From Macrostomum lignano (lineage: Eukaryota): a stretch of 64,000 nucleotides of DNA. Below, piece after piece: positions 1 to 13,100 of the stretch. Position numbers and translations under genes: made by a program. Positions within the stretch are counted from its first letter, which is position 1; the number at the start of each line of letters is the position of its first letter. The DNA is taken from assembly GCA_002269645.1 (NCBI GenBank), contig NIVC01000657.1:124001-188000 (forward strand), read 5' to 3'. A model generated the notes under the pieces. That model did not search any database, was not told where the DNA came from, and saw only the letters and a program-made list of their open reading frames with translations.

Positions 1-559
1 AACTTGTAAAATTTTTCAATTCAACTAACTACGGCTAAAGTTATAGTATGATGCTTGTGGACATATGTATATACACGAAAACTACGAGTATTTCAAGTCC
101 TCACCGACCTCACAATTTGAAAAGTTTTTTCTCAAAAACGTGTTTGATTTTAAATGCCAAGTGTGATGCTTTCTACTAACAACAGCTAATAAGTAGTGCA
201 GTTAGGATGCCAATTTTATTTGAATGTAAGAAGAACAATATGGAAGAGCTAGCTTTGCAATTTAAACAACTTTAAATCCTCTTTAAAATCGATTCAAACA
301 AAGGAAATAATAACAGTCAAGAAGACGATCTTACCCAGCAGACAATCGGGTACAGAATTGTTTATATTGGGTGAAGTTAAAATTCGTATTTACAGAGCAA
401 AAATGATTTCGCAGAAAAAAATATTTTACGAGCCGTTGTATGCCACGACAGCGTTTACACTGGTTTTAAATGTACATGTATAGGTGCCTTGGGCTAACCG
501 GCTAACTGTTAAATTGGTACTTTGATTATGCTTGACAGCTGTGTGCTTACCTTGGCCGT

Positions 560-1010
560 CAGATTTAGCTACCTGTCAGATTGGCTAGCTTTCCTGCCTG
601 ATTAGCTACCTTCTCAAATTAGCTACCTGTCAGATTAGCTACCTGTCAGACTAGCTACCTGTCAGATTGGCTACCTGTCAGATTGGCTACCTGTCAGATT
701 GGCTACCTGTCAAATTAGCTACCTGTCAAATTAGCTACCTGTCAGATTAGCTACCTGTCAGACTAGCTACCTGTCAGACTAGCTACCTGTCAGATTGGCT
801 ACCTGTCAGATTGGCTACCTGTCAGATTGGCTACCTGTCAGATTGGCTACCTGTCAGATTAGCTACTTGTCAGATTGGCTACCTGTCAGATTGGCTACCT
901 GTCAAATTAGCTACCTGTCAGATTGGCTACCTGTCAGATTGGCTACCTGTCAGATTGGCTACCTGTCAGATTGGCTACCTGTCAGAGTAGCTATCTGTCA
1001 GACTAGCTAT
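560..1010. repeat. 16-bp minisatellite (ACCTGTCAGATTGGCT)n
   Basis: Direct tandem periodicity; it explains ORF 795..1076. Confidence 0.95.
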
Positions 1011-1119
1011 ATGTACCTGCTGCCATGGATTAGGCGCCATGTCATTAGCAACAGGGGCCTAAGGGCCGCTATATGAGCTACATTGCCCGTGTACACACCG
1101 TACACTCAGCCTGCGCAAG

Positions 1120-2883
1120 TCAAGCTGACCCAGCCGGCAGCAGCTGCTCAGTCTGCAGCTTTAACTGACTCAGCGCGTCGTAGGCCGCTAACCGGTTCGT
1201 CGTTGGCGTCGCCAACTTGCCCGGCCCGGTTTGGGGACCCATCGCCAGCTGCAGCTCTTCATAATCGTGCTCGCACAGAATTCGCGACTCGACAATATAG
1301 TACCGGTCGCCGACGCAGAAACGCTGATCGCAGTGCTGGCAGGAGAAGCACTCCAAATGATAGACGCTGTTGTCTCTAGTTCGCATGACCATCTCGAAGG
1401 CCGGTATGTGCTTGTGACAGGCGGCGCAGAGGCCTGTGCAGCCGAATAAACGGAGATAGTCTCGACGGCACAGCAGCAGATTGGCTCGGGCAAATAGCGA
1501 GGTGCCAACTTCGGCTAGGCGACAGTCGCAGCAGTGACAGCGAAGGCAGTCCTCGTGCCACAGCTGGTTCATGGCCTGTTGGAGTCCGGATGGCGGGTAG
1601 TAGAAGCGTAGCGATTCGCTGATTGGCTGTCTCAGAAATGGAGTGGGGCTAGGAGCCAGGGGTCGATTGACACCCACCCCATGTTTTATAACCACCGAGA
1701 CAAGCGAAACATCTATCTCTTTCTATCTACCCCTTATCAGTTGCTGATTGGCTGGCTTAGAAATGGGTCGGAGCTTAGTGGCTAGGGGTCGATCGAACCC
1801 CACCCCATGTTTTATAACCCCCGAGACAAGAGAAACATCTATCTCTTTCTATCTACCCCTTATCAGTTGCTGATTGGCTGGCTTAGAAATGGATTGGGGC
1901 TAGGAGCCAGGGGCCGATCGGCACCATCCCCATGTTTAATAACCACCGAGACAAGCGAAACATCTATCTCTTTCTATCTACCCCTTATCAGTTGCTGATT
2001 GGCTGGCTCAGAAATGGGTTGGGGCTAGGGGCTAGGGGTCGATCGAAACCCACCCCATGTTTTATGACTTCCCGTGAAAAGCGAAACATCTATCTATTTA
2101 TATCTACCCCTCATCACTTGCTGATTGGTTGGCTCAGAAATGGGCGGACTATTGGCCAGGGGTCGATCGACACCCACCCCGGCCCATGCTTATGACTCCC
2201 CGAGAAAAGCGAAACATCTATCTATTTCTATCTACCCCTTATCACTTGCTGATTGGTTGGCTCAGAAATGGGCGGACTATTGGCCAGGGGTCGATCGACA
2301 CCCACCCCGGCCCATGCTTATGACTCCCCGAGAAAAGCGAAACATCTATCTATTTCTATCTACCCCTTATCACTTGCTGATTGATTGGCTGACTCAGAAA
2401 TAAGTTCTGAGACTGACCGATACCCCATTCGAATGTTTTTATGACCCTCATAGTAAAGCGAGGTGTTTGCTTTCTTTTTACCCCTTAGCCGCATTGATTA
2501 GCTGGCTTAAAATTTTTGTGCTCTAGGGTCTATTGACAACTACCCAAATATTTTTCTGACTTAATCCTTGCAGACTCCAATACTAGATTGATGGTCGATT
2601 TTAGCTTGCAGTTTAGTGCTGTCGTTACTGAAATATACTGTATGTATTTATATAATAAAATCGACTTGTAACTTGTAACAAAGTAAAATTAAGTTACTAA
2701 TTAGCTCGTTAAAACCTACCGACGTCCCTTGAGGTGACTCCAGTCCTTCAGTGGGGATTGCTACCCAGTCAGATACCTCTCACTGGGCGCTTCTATACCA
2801 AGTAATTGCGCACTCACCTTGAGAAAGAAAGCATCCTCAATGTGCATGCCGCATCTAGCGCATGCCTGCTCGTCCAACTGCAT
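1120..2883 (-). CDS. LMO: LIM-domain-only protein (LMO1/3, Beadex-like), 2 exons (2883-2818, 1575-1120), ~173 aa
   Basis: Exon 1 [22 protein letters not shown] ends at AAG|GTGAGT and joins in phase 0 via CAG|GCC to [24 protein letters not shown]...[11 protein letters not shown]...IPAFEMVMR...YHLECF. This gives two LIM domains with LMO signature residues. Confidence 0.93.
1612..2500. repeat. ~126-128-bp tandem repeat (~7 copies) in the LMO intron
   Basis: TTGCTGATTGG recurs at 1741, 1867, 1992, 2118, 2246 and 2374. Confidence 0.9.
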
Positions 2884-3469
2884 CGCGAAGCGATTTTATA
2901 ATAGTAATTAAATAATAATAATAATAATAATAATACCGGTAGGTTTAGACAAAGGTGAAAAGAAATTTGATCGAAATCAGCTCAGACCAGCTCGCAGCTC
3001 AAGTCCCCATATTCCATATCTCTATATATATCCATTATTCAGACTGTCAACTCATTTGATTGGAAATCGAGACACAGAATGCAGCTTCATTGGCTGAGAC
3101 GGGAGAGAAAGTGAGAAGAGAGAGCTATATGTGGGATTATTGCTCAGCCTCCAGCGAAGCGTGATGAGTAGAAGGGGGCATCAACAGATGGCAGTCACAG
3201 ACACGTGTCGCCAACTTCTGCCTAGCTATATAATATACTCCGCATCGATTTATGTAACTCACCACTCCACTCTCTCACTGTGCACCTAGCGGCTGTCTGT
3301 TCGCTCGATATGAATTCAAATTAATCGTACATGTACATAGCCGAGCTTGATTCAGAGGAGAAACTGGTTGAATTCTGGTTTAATAGACACAAAAGATACA
3401 CTGGTTTCCATTGTGTGATTGTACAATGTAAAATTGAAAATTAAATGCCTTCTTGTCAGTGAAATGTGT

Positions 3470-4705
3470 AGTTTCTGAAGTGTCAATGGTTTGTGAAGTG
3501 TCTGGTTTGTGAATTGTCTCTATAGTTTCTGAAGTGTCTATGGTTTGTGAAGTGTCTGTGGCTTGTGAAGTGTCTGTGGTTTGTGAATTTTCTATGGTTT
3601 GTGAAGTGTCTATGGTTTGTGAAGTGTCTATGGTTTGTGAAGTGTCTATGGTTTGTGAAGTGTCTATGGTTTGTGAATTATCTATGGTTTGTGAAGTGCC
3701 TATGGTTTGTGAAGTGTCTATGGTTTGTGAGGTGTCTATGGTTTGTGAGGTGTCTATGGTTTGTGAATTTTCTATGGTTTGTGAAGTGCCTATGGTTTGT
3801 GAAGTGTCTATGGTTTGTGAGGTGTCTATGGTTTGTGAGGTGTCTATGGTTTGTGAGGTGTCTATGGTTTGTGAATTTTCTATGGTTTGTGAAGTGTCTA
3901 TGGTTTGTAAAGTGTCTATGGTTTGTGAAGTGTCTATGCTTTGTGAATTGTCTATGGTTTGTGAAGTGTCTATGGTTTGTGAAGTGTCAATGGTTTGTGA
4001 AGTGTCTGGTTTGTGAAGTGTCTATGGTTTGTGAAGTGTCTGGTTTGTGAAGTGTCTATGGTTTGTGAAGTGTCTAGTTTGTGAAGTGTCTATGGTTTGT
4101 GAAGTGTCTATGGTTTGTGAATTGTCTATGGTTTGTGAATTGTCTATGGTTTGTGAATTGTCTAGTTTGTGAAGTGTCTATGGTTTGTGAAGTGTCTATG
4201 GCTTGTGAAGTGTCTGTGGTTTGTGAATTGTCTATGGCTTGTGAGGTGCCTATGGTTTGTGAAGTGTCTATGGTTTGTGAAGTGTCTATGGTTTGTGAAG
4301 TGTCTATGGTTTGTGAATTGTCTAGTTTGTGAAGTGTCTATGGTTTGTGAAGTGTCTACGGTTTGTGAAGTGTCTGTGGTTTGTGAATTGTCTATGGCTT
4401 GTGAGGTGCCTATGGTTTGTGAAGTGTCTATGGTTTGTGAAGTGTCTATGGTTTGTGAAGTGTCTGGTTTGTGAAGTGTCTATGGTTTGTGAAGTGTCTA
4501 TGGTTTGTGAAGTGTCTATGGTTTGTGAAGTGTCTATGGTTTGTGAAGTGTCTAGTTTGTGAAGTGTCTATGGTTTGTGAAGTGTCTATGGTTTGTGAAG
4601 TGTCTATGGTTTGTGAAGTGTCTATGGTTTGTGAAGTGTCTGGTTTGTGAAGTGTCTATGGCTTGTGAAGTGTCTATGGTTTGTCAAGTCTAGTTTGCGA
4701 AGTTT
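3470..4705. repeat. 18-bp minisatellite (TGTGAAGTGTCTATGGTT)n
   Basis: Direct periodicity; source of the MVCEVS and VKCLWF ORFs. Confidence 0.95.
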
Positions 4706-5469
4706 GTGAACATCAGTTTTCAATCTTAACGAAGGAATCACAAAAGATTTCAAGCAGTTTCTCTAAAAATGTATGGAATAAAACAGCGCAATAATAATCA
4801 AACGCAGATTATATGCAAAGAAATTCTACAATTTCATTCCCGCTGAAAGCAGCGATAAAAAGCCGACCGGGTATTGCATTCTTGCAAATAAAATTTTTTT
4901 ACGAGGGAAATTAATTTCTAAGAATGACTTACTGCCATTCGTTCAGCTGGGGATATTAATTGAAAGCGTGCCAGGCACCGGGCTGCGGGAGAAACGGAGA
5001 AGTTCCTGGTGCAGTCGGCGACGACTCGCGCCGATCCGGGGAAGATGAAAAGCGTTGATATCGTGGGATTAGGGATTAGGGATTTAGCCAGTATTTTATA
5101 GGGCCGGGCTGCTTGAGCATTCTGCATTACGCATCGCTGCGCGGCCAAAGATCTTGGGGATCAGATTGGGATTGCCGAGCGGCTATGGAGGCCAGGGACT
5201 GCGTTAGTTAGAAACTTGGATTGCGGTTATTGTACAACAAAACTTTGCTGACATTCTGATACTGGCAAATCGTTTTCTAAGAAAGCGAAGATCGAGTCTA
5301 GGAAATCATAGATTCTCATAGTAGACGAAAGTTTTTTTTCTGAAATGAATCAGTCATGACAGACTCCTATGCGATGTAACTTTGGGATGCTCTTTTACGT
5401 AGGGATTGGCAGCGATTTTCAGAGATAATTGTGGGAGACTTTTACGGAGAAATTAGAGGAGATTCTCAG

Positions 5470-6340
5470 GGGAATTGGATGAGATTCTCAGGGAATTGGA
5501 GATGCTTAGGGGGAACCGAGGGGATGCTTGGAGGGAATTGGAGATGCTTGGGGGAATTGGGGGGATGCTTGGGGGAATTGGAAGAGATGCTTAGGGGAAT
5601 TGGAGAAGATGCTTGGAGGGAATTGGAGGAGATGCTTAGGGAAGATGTTTGGGGGAATTGGAAGAGATGCTTAGGGAAGATGCTTGGAGGGAATTGGAAG
5701 AGATGCTTAGGGAAGATGCTTGGAGGGAATTGGAAGAGATGCTTAGGGAAGATGCTTGGAGGGAATTGGAAGAGATGCTTAGGGAAGATGCTTGGAGGGA
5801 ATTGGAAGAGATGCTTAGGGAAGATGCTTGGGGGAATTGGAGGAGATGCTTAGGGGAATTGGAGGAGATGCTTAGGGAAGATGCTTGGAGGGAATTGGAA
5901 GAGATGCTTAGGGAAGATGCTTGGAGGGAATTGGAAGAGATGCTTAGGGGAATTGGAGGAGATGCTTAGGGAAGATGCTTGGAGGGAATTGGAGGAGATG
6001 CTTAGGGAAGATGCTTGGAGGGAATTGGAAGAGATGCTTAGGGAAGATGCTTGGAGGGAATTGGAAGAGATGCTTAGGGGAATTGGAGGAGATGCTTAGG
6101 GAAGATGCTTGGAGGGAATTGGAGGAGATGCTTAGGGAAGATGCTTGGAGGGAATTGGAAGAGATGCTTAGGGAAGATGCTTGGGGAATTGGAGGAGATG
6201 CTTGGGGGAATTGGAGGAGATGCTTAGGGGAATTGGAGATGCTTGGAGGGAATTGGAGAAGATGATTAGGGGAATTGGAGAAGATGCTTGAGGGAATTGG
6301 AAGAGATGCTTAGGGAAATTAGAAGAGATGCTTGGGAGGA
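5470..6340. repeat. Purine-rich ~18/36-bp minisatellite
   Basis: GAAGAGATGCTTAGGGAAGATGCTTGGAGGGAATTG units. Confidence 0.92.
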
Positions 6341-6886
6341 GTTATGAATCCTAAAAAAGCGATGAAAGAAGTCCATTGCTCAGAAAAACTAGAAATAAAA
6401 TTCTAGAGAATTTAATGAAATATCTCTCACTGCAGCAACTGTGTTCGATCTGTCTGCAATCGAAAGGGAAAATAACCCGCCGGTGAAAAGTCGGTATTGA
6501 TTTCCCTCCCTGAAGGAATCAGCATATAGTAGTGTAGCTTTATAGATGGCAGAAATGAAAGATCCCTATAGCTAGCTATATAGGCCTGAGGAATAGGCTC
6601 GGCGGGCATCGAAGCATGTAATGGAAAAATTAACCTCCTCTTCCCCCTCCCCCCTTAAGCCAGAAGGGGACGCAGAGTCGACCGTTTTTTAACTGCTCTC
6701 AAGATATTTATCTCAAAATATTCCCAGAACGGTGTGGCATGGCCACGTGCGTACGCTCGGGACTTGAATGGTCTTCTGCTTCTGCTACTAAATTATAATG
6801 AATGAATGCTCTAAGGAGCTTTAGGCCTATGCGAATTTTATATAATAGTGAGACAGCACTGAGTTTATCGTCAATTCCCTGAAGGA

Positions 6887-7400
6887 AGATTCTCCGGCTG
6901 GTTTATATAGCTGGGGCGATTCTCCGGCTGGTTTATATAGCTGGGGCGATTCTCCAGCTGGTTTATATAGCTGGGGCGATTCTCCAGCTGGTTTATATAG
7001 CTGGGGCGATTCTCCAGCTGGTTTATATAGCTGGGGCGATTCCCCAGCTGGTTCATATAGCTGGGGCGATTCTCCAGCTGGTTTATATAGCTGGGGCGAT
7101 TCTCCAGCTGGTTTATATAGCTGGGGCGATTCTCCAGCTGGTTCATATAGCTGGGGCGATTCTCCAGCTGGTTTATATAGCTGGGGCGATTCTCCAGCTG
7201 GTTTATATAGCTGGGGCGATTCTCCAGCTGGTTTATATAGCTGGGGCGATTCTCCAGCTGGTTTATATAGCTGGGGCGATTCTCCAGCTGGTTTATATAG
7301 CTGGGGCGATTCTCCAGCTGGTTTATATAGCTGGGGCGATTCTCCAGCTGGTTTATATAGCTGGGGCGATTCTCCAGCTGGTTTATATAGCTGGGGCGAT
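6887..7400. repeat. 30-bp minisatellite
   Basis: GATTCTCCAGCTGGTTTATATAGCTGGGGC units, near-identical. Confidence 0.95.
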
Positions 7401-7971
7401 TGTCAAAGACGATTCCCCTAACTCGCCAGAATTGCCACTTCAGTAAACTAAAAGCTAAGTAAGACTCATGCCCCATCGAATCTCTCTGCACGAGCCACAA
7501 AGAACGGCAGGAGGCTAAAAAATGACAGACACAAAAATTTCAACAAGCAAACAAGAGCAAACAGATTTATCCCATAGTGAGGACAGAAACTGACAGCCAA
7601 GCAAGCACGCAACAGACGCCGGATATTCGAAATCATTCATCTAGCCAATAAAACCCGACCCGGCAATGCTCATTCTTTTGGCAAGAAAGACTTCGAGCAG
7701 CGAATGAAACAGCTGCCGCTTCTTCAAGAAAGAAGGCAGCTTCCAATCCGAAAACCGGATACCGCTGGCTGCCGCGGTTCCTCCCGTCGTGCCGCACGCT
7801 ATCGGATTTCTAGGAAATGCTAGGAAATGCAACCGCCTTAGGTTTCAGCTGGGACACGCTGGGGATGATGAGGCTAAAAAGCAGTTCATATTTCGGGCCG
7901 CAAGGGGAAACGAATCTTTAAGGAGGCGGCTGCTGCTATGCCGTCTTTTGTTCGAAGAGGCCAAATAGAAA

Positions 7972-8897
7972 CTGGGGATCTGGGAGGCTGGCCCAGCAAC
8001 TGAGGATCTGGGAGGCTGGCTCAGCAACTGAGGATCTGAGAGGCTGGCTCAGCAGCTGAGGATCTGGGAGGCTGGCCCAGCAACTGAGGATCTGGGAGGC
8101 TGGCTCAGCAACTGAGGATCTGAGAGGCTGGCCCAGCAACTGAGGATCTGGGAGGCTGGCCCAGCAACTGAGGATCTGGGAGGCTGGCTCAGCAACTGAG
8201 GATCTGAGAGGCTGGCTCAGCAACTGAGGATCTGGGAGGCTGGCCCAGCAACTGAGGATCTGAGAGGCTGGCTCAGCATCTGGGGATCTGGGAGGCTGGT
8301 CCAGCAACTGAGGATCTGAGAGGCTGGCTCAGCATCTGGGGATCTGGGAGGCTGGCCCAGCAACTGAGAATCTGAGAGGCTGGCTCAGCAACTGAGGATC
8401 TGGGAGGCTGGCCCAGCAACTGAGAATCTGAGAGGCTGGCTCAGCAACTGAGGATCTGGGAGGCTGGCTCAGCAACTGAGAATCTGAGAGGCTGGCTCAG
8501 CAACTGAGGATCTGGGAGGCTGGCCCAGCAACTGAGGATCTGAGAGGCTGGCTCAGCATCTGGGGATCTGGGAGGCTGGTCCAGCAACTGAGGATCTGAG
8601 AGGCTGGCTCAGCATCTGGGGATCTGGGAGGCTGGCCCAGCAACTGAGAATCTGAGAGGCTGGCCCAGCAACTGAGGATCTGGGAGGCTGGCTCAGCAAC
8701 TGAGGATCTGGGAGGCTGGCCCAGCAACTGAGAATCTGAGAGGCTGGCTCAGCAACTGAGGATCTGGGAGGCTGGCTCAGCAACTGAGAATCTGAGAGGC
8801 TGGCTCAGCAACTGAGGATCTGGGATCGAGGCTGGCTCAGCAACTGACACTCTGGGAGGCTGGCCCAGCAACTGAGGATCTGGGAGGATCGCCCAGC
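7972..8897. repeat. 28-bp minisatellite, copy 1 of a dispersed family
   Basis: CTGGGAGGCTGGCCCAGCAACTGAGGAT units; the same unit occurs at 55.0-55.6 kb. Confidence 0.95.
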
Positions 8898-9505
8898 AAT
8901 CTGGTACATTTAGTTGTAGGCTTTGGCAAAATATTTCGTAAGCTTTGGCACATAAATTGAGAATTGAAGTGACGTAACAATTTCAATTCTTTCTACAAAG
9001 GTTTAGAGGAGAAAACGCGCTCGGTACTACTTACAGTTGCTTTAACAGTGGTAAAGTAAAAAAAAATCATTAAAAAAGGCAAAAAGTTTTTCTCTCATAT
9101 TTTGTCAAGCGCTTTGGAAAATTGCGCCAAATTTTTTAAATAAAAGACTGGAACAAAACGAAATAGAAGATGGCACAGGCGTATTTATTAATAGAAAATT
9201 GTGACAACACTGACCGGGTAAACGGGAAGGCCAGCTCAGGCAAACGCATCGGTATGCAGAACAATTGTTTCTTGTTTAACAAAGAAATGAAAAATGCAAA
9301 AGAGAAACAGAAATTTGGCCGTCTGAATTGTTGCAAGAGATTTGGGTAACAGAGGCGATAATAAAAACTATAAAAACACAATCATTGAATTGTTTTTGCT
9401 GCGCTTTTCAGAAAAATTGGGACACAATGCTTCGAATGGAAGCAAAAAATAAATGAAAAAAGATAGGAGCTATATTGACCAAATCTAAATCAAAGCTAAA
9501 CCTAA

Positions 9506-9780
9506 ACTGATAGCTATTTGCAGTTAAGCATGCTTTCGATACATATCGGCTCATTGATCTAAACCGATAGCTATTTGCAGTTAAGCATGCTTTCGATACA
9601 TATCGGCTCATTGATCTAAACCGATAGCTATTTGCAGTTAAGCATGTTTTCGATACATATCGGCTCATTGATCTAAACCGATAGCTATTTGCAGTTATGC
9701 ATGTTTTCGATACATATCGGTTCATTGATCTAAACCGATAGCTATTTAAAGTTATGACTGTTTTCGATACATATCAGCTC
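9506..9780. repeat. 57-bp tandem repeat (~5 copies)
   Basis: GATAGCTATTTGCAGTTAAGCATGCTTTCGATACATATCGGCTCATTGATCTAAACC units. Confidence 0.9.
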
Positions 9781-10190
9781 AAATAGAACTAAGGGTGAAA
9801 GTATTTTGACACAGCGGTATTACGAGCTCGTAATTTCGACCTAGATCATATAGTTAGCTAGAAAGTTTTTTTCGCTACATATCGGTCTTTATGGAAATAG
9901 CTATAGAGGGCAAAATGTACTTTGCAAAGAACAAAATACGTATAAGAAAACGGAACACGACAATTTTTGAAGGAAGAAAACTAAAAAAAACAAAAGAAAG
10001 CAAAAAACAAAAAACTGACAACAAAGAAAAAACTGAAATTCAATTTACAGAACACACTACTCACTTGACAGTGAAAATAACAAAATGCCGACAATGTTTA
10101 ATGACACTTTTAGAAGACAAAAAGAATAATAAACTGCCGAGCAGAAGAAAAAAGTTTCATGTTTTAAAAATCATGCCACAGTCAGCTGGT

Positions 10191-13100
10191 TTAAAGCACA
10201 ACTTCGTCAACGCTGCGAACTTCGCCCTTCTCAATCTGGCCGATCGCCTCGGCCACCTGCGGATACTCGGCCGCCAGCTGGTCCAACAGGTTAACCAATT
10301 TCCGACGGAATCGAACCATACGAAACAGGGTGCCAGCGTCCGGTTTCGGCAGGCCGGCAAATCGACTTTGCCGCGGTCGACGCCCGCGATCGACATTGTC
10401 GACTTCGTCGTCATCGTCTTCGATGTTCATCAGCATTCGGCGATCTTCGTCTGCGTCAGCATCATTGTCCTCCTGCATCATTGTCAGATAGTCCAGCTGT
10501 TTACGCATCTTTGGTGTCTGTTGTTGCCGCTGCTGAGTCTGGCGGGCCGTTTTACGAGGCCTAACCTCGGCGAACAGATCGGCCTCCTCCTCGTCCTCTT
10601 CGGCACAGAAAGTGACGCTATTTTTGTGCTGCGGTTTCCTCTTTCGACTCTTCTGACCGGCAACCTTAGACATGACTGGATCGGTTAGATTGTGGGTCGG
10701 TTTTAGCACGGCATTAAAGGACGGATTAGCCGGCCGATTAAGATGATAGAGCTTGTAGCCGAACTGCTCTTTGGCAGTGAGCAGACGCTTCGCCTCCGAG
10801 CGACGCCGGTCGGCGAATGTTGTTGAGAAAAACTTGCGCGGCGAAGTGGACGATTGAGCGTCGTTGAAACGCCACACAGGCGATGCGGATTTATCTGCAT
10901 CTAACGCCGACTCTTGCGGTGGCTGCTGCTGCTGCTGCTCTTCTTTATCCTCTTGCGATTCCGGCTGCCGAGTCGTTTTTGTAATCTTCGATTTCTTAGA
11001 AAGCATAGTCGGAGCGGGACGTCGACATTTCTCATTGTGCTCGTCGCCAGCAACGCCTAAACCAAGGCCGGCATTAAACTGGTCGATAGCCTGCGACATC
11101 GACATGGCCGACAGGGAGACATTGGCTCGCTGAGCAGCGGCGCGTCGGGCCGGCCGATTGTTGTTATCCTCAGTTTCGGGCTTCTTTTCCAGCTGCTTCT
11201 TCGATTTATTGTTGGAAACTGGCGGAACCAAAGCCTCTTTAGCCTCGTCAGACGGCTGCTGCAGCTCTATAACAAGTTCAGGAGCCGATGCTTTATCTTC
11301 AACGACAGCCTCCGGTACTTCTTTATCGTCATGAACTTCTTCATCAAACAGACAACGGCCGCGCTCGCGAACCAGACGATCGAGTTCAGCAAACTCGTCC
11401 GGAGCAGCCGCTGTAGCGGCGACATCGGCCGTAAAGAAAGTTGGCGATTGCGGCGGACTACTCAAGCGGCCCTGTCGGGAGCTGCACCGTTGACTCTTGC
11501 TAGCGCCAGGCTGCGGTGTTGGAGGCCGCTGCCTGTCTGAATCCGGCTCGGAAACTGCGCCATCATTCAACTGTTCCGAGTTGCTTTCGTCGCCTTCTTC
11601 CGATGACGCATTGCTAGTTTCGGCGTCCAAATCTACTTTGTGCTTTCGACGTAGCGATCCTAAAAAACCAGGCTCCTCCGGGGCTCTGCGCTTTCTAGCG
11701 CAGGACTTCGTCTCGGCATTAGCGGCTTTTGCATCATTTTTTATTTCCGGTTTGCTTCGAAGTTGCCGGCCTTTGCGACCAGGTATTGGCTTTGAGCTGG
11801 TCTCTTTTTGCTCAGCTTCCAATTCATCATCGTCAACCCGGTTACGCCTAGAATTTCTGACGACACGTTGCTTCTTAGCATATTTGCTTTCTTGTTCAGC
11901 TTCTAACTCGGCTTTATTGTTCTTGCGATCAGCTTTTAATTTGTTTTCTTTTTCTTTGCGCTCAGTCTCCTGCCTTTCTTGCTCAGCTTCCAACTCAGCC
12001 TTCTGTCGTCTAAGTTTAGCTTCCTTCTTCTCCCGCTTAGCTTCCAACTCGACTTCCTTTTGTCTGCGCTTAGCTTCCAACTCGACTTCCTTTTGTCTGC
12101 GCTTAGCTTCCAACTCGTCTTCTTTCTGTTTACGCTCAGCCTCCCGCCTTTCTTGCTCGGCTTCCAACTCCTTTTCCTTCCTCCTTTCAGCTTCCTGCCT
12201 TTCTCGCTCGGCTTCTAACTCTTCTTTCTGTTTACGCTCAGCCTCCCGCCTTTCTTGCTCGGCTTCCAACTCCTTTTCCTTCCTCCTTTCAGCTTCCTGC
12301 CTTTCTCGCTCGGCTTCTAACTCTTCTTTCTGTTTACGCTCAGCCTCCTGCCTTTCTCGCTCAGCTTCCAACTCGGCTTCCTTATGCCTGCGTTCAGCTT
12401 CCTTCCTTTCTCGTTCAGCTTCCAATTCAGCTTCCTTCCTTTCTCGTTCAGCTTCCAACTCGGCTTCCTTTTGCCTGCGTTCAGCTTCCTTCCTTTCTCG
12501 CTCAGCTTCCAACTCGGCTTCTTTTTGTTTCCGCTTAGCCTCCAGCTTAGCTTCCTTTTTCTTGCGCTCAACCTCTTTCTCGGCTTTTCGTTTCTCTCGA
12601 TCGTTTGCTTTTTGTTGTCTAGCTTCAAATTCAACAGCTTCCTTCTTTCGCTTTTCTTCAAGCTCAGCCTCCTGTCTAATACGTTCGGCGTCTTTTTCAG
12701 CCTTAACTCTCTCCTGCTCAGCTTCCCGCCTTCGAGTCTCGGCCTCTTGCTGCTGCTGCTGCTCTTCTTGTTGTTGCAAACGCAGACGCGACAGCTTCGA
12801 GCCGCCATCAGCAGCCGTAGCCGCCAACGGAGCGCCCGGTTCAAACTGAGGCGAACCGAAATCCAAATCGTCGAAATCGTTGTCAGAGAAAACATTGCCA
12901 AAAGCCGGACTTAAACTGAACGATTTTGATAGTCGAATACCAGGTTCGGAGTCTCGCAGCTGATTCTGATGCTGCTGCTCAGCAGGCAAACTGACAGCTA
13001 TTTCGGCATCGTTAAGATCGACTGGAACCGGTAAATTTAACTGGGCCCTACGCGGCTGCTGCACATCAGCAGGCGACTGGCCACTACGCGAAGATACAGC

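Noticed and set aside
5066-5087. Telomere-like TTAGGGA x2
   Set aside because: Too short to distinguish from chance.
3534-7500. ORFs MVCEVS, VKCLWF, ELEEMLREDAWR and ENRPSYINQL
   Set aside because: Stop-free frames of non-coding minisatellites, mostly with non-ATG starts.
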